Below the pieces are notes generated by a model. The model worked only from the letters and a program-made list of their open reading frames with translations. It ran no database searches and was not told the DNA's origin. A stretch of DNA of 63,868 bases from Octopus sinensis. Its lineage: Eukaryota. The stretch spans positions 1 to 63,868 of the forward strand of contig NW_021832256.1 of assembly GCF_006345805.1 (NCBI RefSeq), written 5' to 3'. Positions 24,619 through 36,917 of the stretch are shown piece by piece; the first letter of the stretch is position 1, and each line of letters begins with the position of its first letter. Position numbers and translations under genes: made by a program.

Positions 24619-24790
24619 GGAATGGTCAATGGCAAGAGAGGAAGAGGCTGACCAAGAACTCACTGGCTTGACACCATCAGGAGTGATACCAGAATGGACA
24701 TAGCCAGTCTGAAAGAAGCGGCCCAGGATAGAACTGACTGGAGGACACTGATCCAACCAGTGAACGAGAGTCAACTTCGACTGAGCGGTT
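23770..24790 (+). mobile_element. RTE-like LINE 3' fragment with four tandem ~159-bp units and a duplicated tail
   Basis: RLAYFGHIM-RESLEKDIMLGMVSGKRGRGR...WLDTI; units start at 23798, 23957, 24115 and 24277. Confidence 0.8.
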
Positions 24791-24873
24791 AGACAGAGAG
24801 AGATATATATTTACATAATATTGAGGTCTCTTTCTTTCTTTTGTTATCTTACCATTTTTACCAATATTATATA

Positions 24874-25111
24874 TCTTTATATATAAAAGTGAAGTTGTGT
24901 GTCTGTCTCCTACGATTTAGATTCCTAACTACTCCCACATTTTGCAGTGCAGTTTAACCAAAACCGGGTATCTTATAGCAGTGATTCATATCGAGCCCGT
25001 CTGGGTATTTTAATGCATTTTTTCTCTATTATATAAGGGAAGTAACTCTCTAAAAATGCTTATATAGTTATTTCCCTTACAAACCCGAGCAACGTCGAGC
25101 GATACTGCTAG
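24874..25111 (+). mobile_element. Non-autonomous Helitron-type element
   Basis: 5' TC(TTTATATATAAAAG), subterminal CCCGAGCAACG.. hairpin motif, 3' CTAG, between A and T; copy at 62398-62699. Confidence 0.7.
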
Positions 25112-25129
25112 TATTATATATATATATAT

Positions 25130-25190
<61 letters not shown>

Positions 25191-25193
<3 letters not shown>

Positions 25194-25558
25194 AAATATT
25201 ATTCGAGACAAAACCACTATTTTGCAAAACACAAACAAGGAAAGACTTAATTAATACATAAAATTTTAATAAATAGTCAAAAAAACCGCCACTACAATCG
25301 TTTCTTGTCTTGATCGACAATCTTCAGGTGGACTTCCAATAATTCAGTGTCAAATTATGAAGTAAAGACCCAATCAATACATAATAATATTTCATAATTT
25401 GACACTGAATATTGGAAGTCCACCTGAAGATTGTCGATCAAGACAAGAAACGATTGTAGTGGCGGTTTTTTTGACTATTTATTAAAATTTTATGTATTAA
25501 TTAAGTCTTTCCTTGTTTGTTTTGCAAAATAGTGGTTTTGTCTCGAATAATATTTTAT
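25191..25558. mobile_element. ~170-bp inverted repeat, each arm with a minimal hammerhead (Penelope-like terminal repeat)
   Basis: Arms 25191-25361 and 25391-25558 are near-perfect reverse complements. Confidence 0.75.
25420..25462 (+). ncRNA. Type I minimal hammerhead ribozyme; mirror copy at 25289-25331 (-)
   Basis: CCAC-CTGAAGA-TTGTC(gatcaa)GACAA-GAAAC(gatt)GTA-GTGG: intact core and all three stems. Confidence 0.75.
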
Positions 25559-26048
25559 AATATTTTACTATAAAATCGATTTAATCCTAAATCTGATTTT
25601 TTCCCTGTAAATTTGGATTTATTCCCTAATATTTATTATTTATATATATATATATATACAAAATGAGACAAGAACGTAAGACATCCGTATAACTAGGTGA
25701 TACAAAAAGGGACAACAAAACATTCAGATAGACGATACGAAAGAAAAACAAGGACGGGTCATTCGAAGCTTCCTATCTTCAGTCAAGAACCGGATCATCC
25801 TCGCAATTTCGGCCCCATATACGTATGTGTGTGTATTTATATGTGTATGTGTTTATGCTCTTCCACCGTTGGCAACCGGCGCTGGTTTGTTTGTATCCAC
25901 GTAATTTGGCGCTTCAGCAAAAAATATCGGGCTTTAAGAACATAAAACATGTACAGAGCTCGATTTGTTTGACTAAAACCTTCAAAGCGGTGCTCCAGCC
26001 TGGCCTCGGTCAAATGGCTGAAATAGGTATAGAATGAAAAATGCGTAT

Positions 26049-26370
26049 TCTTCTACTTGCTTCAGTCATTTGACTGCGACCATGCTGGAGCAGCGCCTTT
26101 CGTCGAGCAAATCGACCCCAGAATCTTATTCTTTGTAAGCCTAGTACTTATTCTATCGGTCTCTTTTGCCGAACCGCTAAGTTATGGGGACGTAAACACA
26201 CCAGCATCGGTTGTCAAGCGATGGTAGGGGGACAAACACAGACACACAAACACACACACACATACACACACACACATATATATATATATATAAATACATA
26301 TATACGACGGGCTTCTTTCAGTTTCCGTCTACCAAATCACACACACACACACACACATACATATAATACA

Positions 26371-26463
<93 letters not shown>

Positions 26464-26620
26464 GATGGGCTTCTTTTCAGTTTCCATCTACCAAATCCAC
26501 TTACAAGACATTGATCAATCTGAGGCTATAGTAGAAGACACTTGCCCAAGGTGCCATGCAGTGGGACCCAAACCGGAACCATGTGGTTGGGAAGCAAGCT
26601 TCTTACCACACAGCCACTCC
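26049..26620 (-). mobile_element. SINE family A (adjacent partial + copy at ~25860-26040)
   Basis: Reverse complement of the family A head and tail. Confidence 0.8.
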
Positions 26621-26629
26621 TGTGCCTAT

Positions 26630-27290
26630 CTTCGTGGCACTCCGTCGGTTACGACGACGAGCGCCCCAGCCGATCCAATCAACAGAACAGCCTGCTACAC
26701 GTGAAATTAACGTGCAAGTGGCTGAGCACTCCACAGACACGTGTAACATAGTTCCCAGGAAGATTCAGCGTGACCAAGGCTGGCCCCTTTGAAAGAAAGG
26801 TACAACAGAGACGGGAAGAAAGAGTGAGAGAAAGTTGTGGTGATAGAGTATAGAAGGGTTCGCCCCACCCCGTCAGAGCCTCGTGGCACTTTTAGGTGTT
26901 TTTGTTCGGTAAACACTCACGACGCCCTGTCTGGGAATCGAAACCGTGATCCTACGATAGCCGATCCAATCAACAGAACAGCCTGCTACACGTGAAATTA
27001 ACGTGCAAGTGGCTGAGCACTCCACAGACACGTGTAACATAGTTCCCAGGGAGATTCAGCGTGACCAAGGCTGGCCCCTTTGAAGGAAAGGTACAACAGA
27101 AACGGGAAGAAAGAGTGAGAGAAAGTTGTGGTGACAGAGTATAGAAGGGTTCGCCCCACCCCGTCAGAGCCTCGTGGCACTTTTAGGTGTTTTTGTTCTG
27201 TAAACACTCACGACGCCCTGTCTGGGAATCGAAACCGTGATCCTACGATCGCAAGTCCGCTGCCCTAACCACTGGGCCATTGTGTCTTCA
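26630..27290 (-). mobile_element. Tandem pair of chimeric SINEs (family D-like middle + family B tail)
   Basis: ~295-bp direct duplication; single tRNA head at ~27215-27290; middle AAGAAAGAGTGAGAGAAAGTTGTGG shared with family D. Confidence 0.7.
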
Positions 27291-27299
27291 CACACACAC

Positions 27300-27680
27300 A
27301 CACATCATCATCATCATCATCATCATCGTTTAGCGTCCGTTTTCCATGCTAGCATGGGTTGGACGGTTCTACTGGGGTCTGTGAAGCCAGAAGGCTTCAT
27401 CAGGCCCAGTCAAATCTGGCAGTGTTTCTACGGCTGGATGCCCTTCCTAACGCCAACCCACTCCGTGATGAGTGTAGTGGATGCTTTTACGTGCCACCCG
27501 CACAGGTGCCAGACAGAGCTGGCAAACGGCCACAAACGGATGGTGCTTTTACGTGTCACCGGCACGGGGCCAGGCGAGGCTGGCAACGGACACGAACGGA
27601 TGGTGCTTTTACGTGCCACCAACACGGGGGCCAGACAGAGCTGGCAAACGTCCACGAAACGGATGGTGCTTTTACGTGTC
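27300..27680 (-). mobile_element. 5'-truncated 3' UTR of the RTE-like LINE (family C) with multiple hairpin modules
   Basis: (CAT)n tail; homology to 39705-40150. Confidence 0.75.
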
Positions 27681-27785
27681 TACATCGTTTGTAGAAATGC
27701 ATTAATCTGGAGGAGCACACTGTAAGATGCACAGCAGTTAATATTGTAGTGGGGTCAGGGTTTAGGGTTAGGGGGCACAAACGTT

Positions 27786-28975
27786 AGCACACCGGACGAA
27801 ATGCTTTGTGGTATTTCGTCCGCCGCTGCGTTCTGAGTTCAAATTCCGCTGAGGTCGACTTTACCTTTCATCCTTTCAGGGTCGATAAATTAAGTACCTA
27901 TTTCTTTGTTACCCACAAGGGGCTAAACACAGAGGGCACAAACAGGGACAGACATAGGTATTAAGTCGATTACATCGACCCCAGTGCGTAACTGGTACTT
28001 ATTTAATCGACCCCGAAAGGATGAAAGGTAAAGTCGACCCCGGCGGAACTTGAACTCAGAACGTAGCGGCGGACGAAATACCTATTTCTCTACTACCCAC
28101 AAGGGGCTAAACACTGAGAGGACAAACAAGGACAGACAAACAGATTAAGTTGATTATATCGACCCCAGTGCGTAACTGGTACTTATTTAATCGACCCCGA
28201 AAGGATGAAAGGTAAAGTCGACCCCGGCGGAACTTGAACTCAGAACGTAGCGGCGGACGAAATACCTATTTCTCTACTACCCACAAGGGGCTAAACACTG
28301 AGAGGACAAACAAGGACAGACAAACAGATTAAGTTGATTATATCGACCCCAGTGCGTAACTGGTACTTATTTAATCGACCCCGAAAGGATGAAAGGTAAA
28401 GTCGACCCCGGCGGAACTTGAACTCAGAACGTAGCGGCGGACGAAATACCTATTCTCTACTACCACAAGGGGCTAAACACTGAGAGGACAAACAAGGACA
28501 GACAAACAGATTAAGTTGATTATATCGATCCCAGTGCGTAACTGGTACTTATTTAATCGACCCCGAAAGATGAAAGGTAAAGTCGACCCCGGCGGAATTT
28601 GAACTCAGAACGTAGCGGCGGACGAAATACCTATTTCTCTACTACCCACAAGGGGCTAAACACTGAGAGGACAAACAAGGACAGACAAACAGATTAAGTT
28701 GATTATATCGACCCCAGTGCGTAACTGGTACTTATTTAATCGACCCCGAAAGGATGAAAGGCAAAGTGAACCTCGGCGGAATTTGAACTCAGAACATAGC
28801 GGCAGACGAAATACCGCTGAGCATTTCGCCCGGCGTGCTAACGTTTCTGCCAGCTCGCCGCCTTAGATAAATTAAGTACCAGTTATGCACTGGGGTCGAT
28901 GTAATCCACCTAATCCGTTTGTCTGTACTTGTTTGTCCCCTCTATGTTTAGCCCCTTGTGGGCAATAAAGAAATA
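27786..28975 (+). mobile_element. SINE family M copy interrupted by an antisense five-unit family M concatemer
   Basis: Host halves 27786-27898 and 28866-28975; GATAAATTAAGTACC duplicated at 27884-27898 and 28866-28880. Confidence 0.85.
27899..28865 (-). mobile_element. SINE family M concatemer (one head + five bodies) with 15-bp TSD
   Basis: Unit boundaries at 27899, 28083, 28267, 28451 and 28632; single head ending at 28865. Confidence 0.88.
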
Positions 28976-29024
28976 AATATTGTAGTGGGGTAGACCGGTA
29001 TGTGTGTGTGTGTGTGTGGTGTGG

Positions 29025-29340
29025 AAAACGCATGGCTTAGTGGTTAAGGGTATTCGGCTCACGATCTTAGGGTAGTGAGTTCAATTCTGGGCTACATATT
29101 TTTCCCTTCAGCTAGACACTTTATTTCACGTTGCTCCAGTCCACTCAGCTAGCAAAAATGAGTGGTACCTGTAATTCACAAGGGTTGACCATGTAACATT
29201 CTGTGTCACGCCGAATCTCTCCCCGAGAACTACGTGTCTGCGGAGTACTCAGCCACTTGCACATTAATTTCACGAGCAGCTGGCTGTTCCGTTGATCGGA
29301 TCAACTGGAACCCTCGTCGTCGTAACTGACGGAGTACCAG
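29025..29340 (+). mobile_element. SINE family B
   Basis: tRNA-like head and body homologous to 705-1027. Confidence 0.7.
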
Positions 29341-29382
29341 TTAAATATATATTTTACTTGTTTCTCCAGTGCCTAATATATT

Positions 29383-30355
29383 GGGGTCTTTTCGGTTTGA
29401 ATGGCAGTTTTTAACATAATTTCTAGTTAACTAAACACTTTTAAACTTCGTATACTGGTAGAATATATTTATAAAACATATTTTTCTCTTGGTTTTATTG
29501 AGAAGATTCTATAGTTTGTAAGATATTTGTTGTGTTTTTCTCTTCAATTTCTGCAATTTCAACCAATCACTAACGTCTATTGAGGTGAAAAACATTCTGT
29601 GCCGTATGAATATGTCCCTCGTTTCAGAAACAGATTGGGTTTATTTACATTTGCGAAGAAAAAAAGATACCCTTCCCCCACCCCTAACCCTAAAACAGAT
29701 TGAAATGCAATAGATCGATACTAGGGTCATAATTATGGGTGACAATTTCATACGGCACCGCTACGGAAAATGTGATTTTTTTCTAGCGGTGTCAAATGAA
29801 AATGTCACCCATAATTATAACCCTAGTATCGATCTATTGCATTTCAATCTATTTTAGATTTAGGGTTAGGGTTAGGGGGGGAGGGTATTAGTGGGGGAAG
29901 GGTATCTTTTTTTTCTTCGCAAATGTAAATAAACCCAATCTGTTTCTTAAACGAGGGACATATTCATACAGCACGGAATGTTTTCACCCCAAATGGAGGT
30001 CAGCGATTGGTTAAAATTGCCGAAATGCTCAAAATTTCAGACGATATATCTTACAAACTATAGGATTTTCTCAATAAAGCCAAGAGAAAAAATGATGTTT
30101 TATAAACACATTCTACCAGTATACGAAGTTTAAAAGTGTTTGGTTAACTAGAAATTGTGTTGACAAGTGCCGTTCAAAAGGAAAAGATCCAAAAAGATAC
30201 CCTTCCCCCCACCCTTAATCCTAACCCACCCTAACTCTAACCCTAACCCTAAAACAGATTGAAATGCAATAGATCCATACTAGGGTCATAATTATGGGTG
30301 ACAATTTCATACGACACCGCTAGAAAAAACTGCCGTTCAAACCGAAAAGATCCCC
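29383..30355. mobile_element. Foldback/MITE-like element with long internal inverted arms, (TAACCC)-like tracts and a long flanking duplication
   Basis: Termini GGGG-TCTTTTCGGTTTGAATGGCAG and CTGCCGTTCAAACCGAAAAGATCCCC; AGTGCCTAATATATT at 29368-29382 and 30356-30370. Confidence 0.8.
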
Positions 30356-30546
30356 AGTGCCTAATATATTGGGCGCCTGCGCTGAACCGAAGTAAACAAA
30401 CCAACGCTGGCTGTGAAGTGGTGGGGGTGGGGGACAATGTCTTTGGTCAGCGACACTCGTTCAAAGTGTCACCAAACCCATAACCATGTGTTTCGTAGAA
30501 AACTTATTACTACACACGCATCAGCCGCGCCTGTATGTATACCTTG

Positions 30547-31522
30547 CTGTGGCTGTGTGGTAAGTAGCTTGCTTACCAACCACATGGTTCCGGGTTCAGT
30601 CCCACTGTGTGTCACCTTGGGCAAGTGTCTTCTACTATAGCCTACCTTGTGAGTGGATTTGGTAGACGGAAACTGAAAAGAAGCCTATCGTATATATGTA
30701 TATACATATATGTGTAGGAGTGGCTGTGTGGTAAGTAGCTTGCTTACCAACCACATGGTTCCGGGTTCAGTCCCACTGCGTGGCACCTTGGGCAAGTGTC
30801 TTCTGCTATAGCCCCGGGCCGACCAATGCCTTGTCAGTAGATTTAGTAGACGGAAACTGAAAAGAAGCCTGTCGTATATATGTATATACATATATGTGTA
30901 GGAGTGGCTGTGTGGTAAGTAGCTTGCTTACCAACCACATGGTTCCGGGTTCAGTCCCACTGCGTGGAACCTTGGGCAAGTGTCTTCTGCTATAGCCTAC
31001 CTTGTGAGTGGATTTGGTAGACGGAAACTGAAAAGAAGCCTATCGTATATATATATACGACAAAAGGAAAAGATCCTTATTTACATTTCTGAAGAAAAAA
31101 AGGATACCCTACCCCCACCCCTAACCCTAACCCTAAAATAGATTGGCTGTGTGGTAAGTAGCTTGCTAATCAACCACATGGTTCCGGGTTCAGTCCCACT
31201 GTGTGGCACCTTGGGCAAGTGTCTTCTGCTATAGCCTCGGGCCGACCAATGCCTTGTGAGTGGATTTGGTAAATGGAAACTGAAAGAAGCCCGTCGTATA
31301 TATGTATATATATATATGTGTGTGTGTATGTGTTTGTCCCCCTAGCATTGCTTGACAACCGATGCTGGTGTGTTTACGTCCCCGTTACTTAGCGGTTCGG
31401 CAAAAGAGACCGATAGAATAAGTACTGGGCTTACAAAAGAATAAGTCCCGGGGTCGATTTGCTCGATTAAAGGCGGTGCTCCAGCATGGCCGCAGTCAAA
31501 TGACTGAAACAAGTAAAAGAGT
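30547..31522 (+). mobile_element. SINE family A array: three 5' halves, a foldback fragment, then a complete copy
   Basis: Heads at ~30547, 30717, 30900 and 31145. Confidence 0.8.
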
Positions 31523-31739
31523 ATATATATATATAGAGAGAGAGAGAGAGGAGAGAGAGGATGTTTATGAGAGTTAACTTAGTAGTTCGATAGAGAGAGA
31601 GTTTAAAGCATTAAACAGAGAAAGGGGAACAGAGAGAGAATGAATGAGAGGAGATTCTGAAAGGCAGACGACCGAAGCACATCTCCCGCCTGATGATGTA
31701 AGAAGAGAAGACGAGACTGACCGATAGAGAAACACATCG

Positions 31740-31810
31740 ACTCGCTAGCCAATGAAAACTTCGTATATGTCACACGTGACTACGTGCTGCCCGCCATCTT
31801 GTCTGCATTC
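31740..31810. promoter_or_regulatory. Candidate promoter: CCAAT box, E-box and YY1-type motif
   Basis: CCAAT 31749-31753, CACGTG 31773-31778, CCGCCATCTTG 31791-31801 in a CpG-rich non-repeat island 1.4 kb upstream of the RYBP ATG. Confidence 0.5.
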
Positions 31811-31819
31811 GACGCCGGC

Positions 31820-33000
31820 CTCGTTTTAATACTGAGTGAGAGTGAGTGAGAAGGAACGGTTAAGTGTGAGTGAGGAACGTCAGAGGGAGGTGAAAGGGTA
31901 AAAGTTTAAGTGAGGGATATTTAAATAGAGTATTTAATGTTAAGGAGGAAGACACCGCTAGAGTAAAAGATACATAAATACGTTGAGGAGACGATCTATT
32001 TCAGAGGGACAGATACAAATAGAATGAGGGTGAAAGAGAGGAAGTGAGAGGCAGGTAATAAGACATATTGAGAGAGGGGCAGAGAAACAGAGTGTCAGAC
32101 ACTAAGAGGCTAGGAAAGAATGAGTGGGAAAGAGGGAGAAGGATACGTAGAGAGAGAGAGAGAGTGAGAGAGAAAGAGGCAGTGTGTGTCAGAAAGAATT
32201 TGAGTGAGACACACAGGGAAACAAATAGATACATAGAAAGGGGTTGGATAAAAGTGAGAGTGAGTGAATGAGAAACAGAGGAAAGCCGAAGACCTGGAGA
32301 GAAGGGTAGAATGTGACTGAGAGGGAGATACAGAGAGACAGGGATAGAGAGAGAGAGAGACAAACAGTGAAATGGAAAGATAGATAGAGGAACGGTAGAG
32401 TGAGACTGTAAGAGAGAGAGAGAGATAGACAGGGAACAGATAGAGACATAGAGAGGGGTAGAGTGAAACTAAAAGAGAGAGAGAGAGAGAGGGTGAGTGA
32501 GAATTATATGGAAACAGATGACGGAAAGAGGGGGAGAGTAAAACTGATAGAGACTGAGTGAGTATTATAAAGACACAAATGAGGGAAAGAGGGGGGTAAG
32601 TAAAACTGATAGAGAGTGAGTGAGACGGACAAGGAACAGATAGAGAGGGGTAGAGTAAGACGGAAAGAATAATAGAGACACAGAGAGTGCGAGTGAGAAT
32701 TATATGGAAACAGATGACGGAAAGAGGGGGAGAGTAAAACTGATAGAGACTGAGTGAGAATTATAAAGACACAAATGAGGGAAAGAGGGGGGTAAGTAAA
32801 ACTGATAGAGAGTGAGTGAGACGGACAAGGAACAGATAGAGAGGGGTAGAGTAAGACGGAAAGAGTAATAGAGACACAGAGAGTGCGAGTGAGAATTATA
32901 TGGACATAGATGACGGTAAGAGGGGGTGAGTAAGACCGATAGAGAGTGAGTGAGACACAAAGGGGAAACGGCTAGATGCATAGAGAGGGGGGTAAAAGTG
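31820..33000. repeat. Purine-rich (GA) low-complexity tract including ~2.4 copies of a 196-bp unit
   Basis: GAATTATATGG restarts at 32501, 32697 and 32893. Confidence 0.75.
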
Positions 33001-33201
33001 AGGAAGAGCGACTAAGCACTACAACGTGTGCATGAGTGTGTGTGGGTTTTTTTATATTTGGCGGTTCCGCTACTGTGTGTGTGTTTTGTTGTGTGAAATA
33101 CTTATATGTATTGTATATTGTTAAGCACCAACCCTTTACCTTCGAATCACTGTCATTAATTCTGTGTTAGGGACACCATCCTCTCGACAAAACGACCGTC
33201 A

Positions 33202-33227
33202 ATGGAAGACAAGCGGGGGACAAGTAG
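33202..33227 (+). CDS. RYBP: RYBP/YAF2 homologue, first coding exon (MEDKRGTS + AG, phase-2 intron)
   Basis: ATG GAA GAC AAG CGG GGG ACA AGT AG|GTAAGT parallels vertebrate YAF2 MGDKKSPT-R; phase matches the exon at 48173; possible acceptor TTAG at 33167-33170. Confidence 0.75.
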
Positions 33228-33530
33228 GTAAGTTCGAGCTCCCTGCTACTCTCCTGTTTATATATGTGGTTGGATGTTTCACCTTCTTTTACACTTTCCA
33301 TCATGAATACGCGTATATCGCTGTGTATATGTATGTATATTTACGATTATCTTGCACCTAATGATGATTATATACACTCACTAGTGTACAACAGTGTGTA
33401 TATAAAAAAAAAAACCAAATGATAATTGTACACAATAATATAAATATATTTGGATATGTGTGTATATATAGCATAGGTCAGTCACCCAGTTCGTGTATGT
33501 TTGTATATATAATATTATATATATAATATA

Positions 33531-33564
<34 letters not shown>

Positions 33565-34069
33565 TATATATATATATAATATATATGTGTGTGTGTATGT
33601 ATGTATATGAATGATAATTATACACACTAGTGTAGTGTATAAGTAAATACAGAATCATAATTGCACATAGTAACATTATATATAGTAAATGAACTGGGTG
33701 TATAATGCATAAAGCATTTTTACATATATCGGCTTTTCTGAAATTCCATATATATACATATATATATAGATATACATATATATAATATATATATAGGTAC
33801 TATATATATGTATATATATATATATATGTATATGAAGCACTGGGGGGTCAGTCACTTAGTGTATGTATAAATCTATATATGTAAACATTTTTTGAATCTG
33901 ATATTATTTATATCTGAATAGACTTTATAAGACTAGAAATGTATTTGATGATACATTTCATAAATAAAGGCCACCACCTATAAATTCAATTTGCTTACTG
34001 AGATCATTGAGATCCCCTATCGACTAATTACTAATTAGCAACACACTGTATTTAGTGTGTGCTGTGTGT

Positions 34070-34070
34070 A

Positions 34071-34111
<41 letters not shown>

Positions 34112-34635
34112 GTTATATCTATATATACATGTATATATATATATATATATTCATACATACATATATTCATACTTATGTATATATATATATATATGTATGT
34201 GTATATATATATGTGTATATATATATATATGTAGTATATATATATATAGGTGTATATATATGTGTATGTGTATATATATGTGTTATATATATATATATGT
34301 GTATGTGTATATATATGGTGTATATATATATATATGTGTATGTGTATATATATATGTGTATGTATATATATATGTTGTATATATATATATATGTGTATAT
34401 ATATATATATGTGTATATATGGTATATTATTATATGTGTATATATTATATATATATATATGTTATTATATATATGTATAATATATAGTGTATAATATGTA
34501 TATATATATATGTATATATTATATGTATATATATATGTATATATATATGTATCTATATATGTATATATATATGTATCTATATATGTATATATAATGTATA
34601 TATATATGTAGATATATATGTATATATATAATATG

Positions 34636-34673
<38 letters not shown>

Positions 34674-34680
34674 GCATCTA
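34070..34680. repeat. (TA)n/(TATG)n low-complexity tract
   Basis: Direct inspection. Confidence 0.9.
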
Positions 34681-34809
34681 GACAGCTATATTATTATATT
34701 ACAAGCCCATCTTTTACGTGTAGATGCAATGAAAACAGAGACTGGGTCATGCTGCTAGTACGACTACTATTACTACTACATATGTGTTGTGTGTTCATCC
34801 ATACACACA

Positions 34810-34851
<42 letters not shown>

Positions 34852-35048
34852 TTGTGTGTATACATAAATATATTTTCGCCACTGCCAAGGTTTTAATGTA
34901 CCGGCCCGTCTAGGAAGCAGTAATTGTTGTCTGAGATCCATTTTTTGAATCTTCATTTTAAATCATATGTATATATGGAAATAAATAAATACGTGTGTGT
35001 ATATATACATACATACATACACACCATACAATATATCTATATATATAT

Positions 35049-35081
<33 letters not shown>

Positions 35082-35769
35082 GTATAGACACATACATATA
35101 TATGGTGTATGGAGATGGTGAGGTAGGTATTATTGAAGATGCAGGCCAAAGGCCTTTTAAAATTAGGAAAAATAAAATTTATGTATATATATAGTGTGTA
35201 TAAATTTATATATATACATAGATATGTATGTATATATATATATATATATATACACACACTTATTACAGTTGTAGTAATTAACATGCAGAGCTAGGACCTA
35301 CTTAAAAAAACAGAGTTAGTAGTAGCAGCCTGCTTTGAAATATTTGCAATATACATAAATATATACATCTATATCTCCATAACTAATGAGTTCATAGAGT
35401 AGTTCGATCGATATATTAACAGTAACGGTGAATATCACAACAATATCGGTGGTAATTTGTTAATAATAATGCAATAAAGCGAATGGTTCTCTGACAAGGG
35501 AACAGTGGCGATAAACAATAACCGCGAGGCTGATATCAGCCAGCCGTAGTTTCGTATCCGCAATTCGGTTCGTTTTCTTACAAATGGCAGAATATATTAA
35601 AATTCTTTGGTCGGAATGGATTCGGGGTTTTCTTGGAGAACCTTTTGGGTTCCTGTTTTGAATTCTACGGGGTTTGCTGAATCGCAAACTATTAGAATGG
35701 TACCAGTTCCTTATTGAACCCGATTTAGCTGCATGTTCCCTCTCACGACATATCACAACTTGTGGTGTG

Positions 35770-36535
35770 TATATATAATGTATATTATAAGCGTATATAT
35801 ATTTATGTATATATAATGTATATTATAAGTGTATATATAATGTATATTATAAGTGTATATATATTTATATATATATAATGTATATATAATGTATTTTGTA
35901 TGCATATATATATGTATATATAATGTATATTATATGCATATATATATGTATATATAATATATATTATATGCATATATATGTATACATAATGTATATTATA
36001 TGCATATATGTATGTATATATAATGTATATTGTATGCATATATATATATGTATATATAATGTATATTGTATGCATATATATATGTATATATAATGTATAT
36101 TGTATGCATATATATGTATATATAATGTATATTATATGCATATATATATGTATATATAATGTATATTGTATGCATATATATATGTATATATAATATATAT
36201 TCTATGCATATATATAATGTATATTATATGCATATATAATGTATATTGTATGCATATATAATGTATATTATATGCATATATATAATGTATATTGTATGCA
36301 TATATAATGTATATCATATGCATATATATAATGTATATTATATACATATATATATGTATATATAATGTATATTATATGCATATATATATGTATATATAAT
36401 GTATATTATATGCATATATATATGTATATATAATGTATATTATATGCATATATATATGTATATATAATGTATATTATATGCATATATATATGTATATTAT
36501 ATGCATATATATATGTATATATAATGTATATTGTA

Positions 36536-36570
<35 letters not shown>
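35770..36570. repeat. AT-rich minisatellite (ATATAATGTATATTATATGCAT-type units)
   Basis: Direct inspection. Confidence 0.85.
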
Positions 36571-36572
<2 letters not shown>

Positions 36573-36895
36573 TCATCATCGTTTAGCGTCCGTTTTCCAT
36601 GCTAGCATGGGTTGGACGGTTCTACTGGGGTCTGTGAAGCCAGAAGGCTTTATCAGGCCTACTCAAATCTGGCAGTGTTTCTACGGCTGGATGCCCTTCC
36701 TAACGCCAACCACTCCGTGAGTGTAGTGGGTGCTTTTTACGTGCCACCCGCACAGGTGCCAGACAGAGCTGGCAAACGGCCACGAACGGATGGTGCTTTT
36801 TATGTGCCACCGGCACGAGGCCAGTCGGGGCGGCGCTGGCAACGGTCGCGAAACGGAAGGTTCTCTTACATGCCACCGGCACTGGTAACACATCT
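36570..36895 (-). mobile_element. Family C (RTE 3' UTR) copy
   Basis: (CAT)n tail and GTGCCACCGGCAC modules. Confidence 0.75.
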
Positions 36896-36917
36896 GCATA
36901 TGTATATATATATATAT

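Noticed and set aside
27899-28865. CRISPR or tRNA gene cluster
   Set aside because: Units are SINE bodies with no spacers and no intact cloverleafs.
29860-29885. Interstitial telomere or chromosome fusion site
   Set aside because: Only 2-3 TTAGGG units, embedded in both arms of a mobile element.
35400-35760. Coding exon in a CpG-containing unique island
   Set aside because: No recognisable peptide or matched splice sites; function undetermined.
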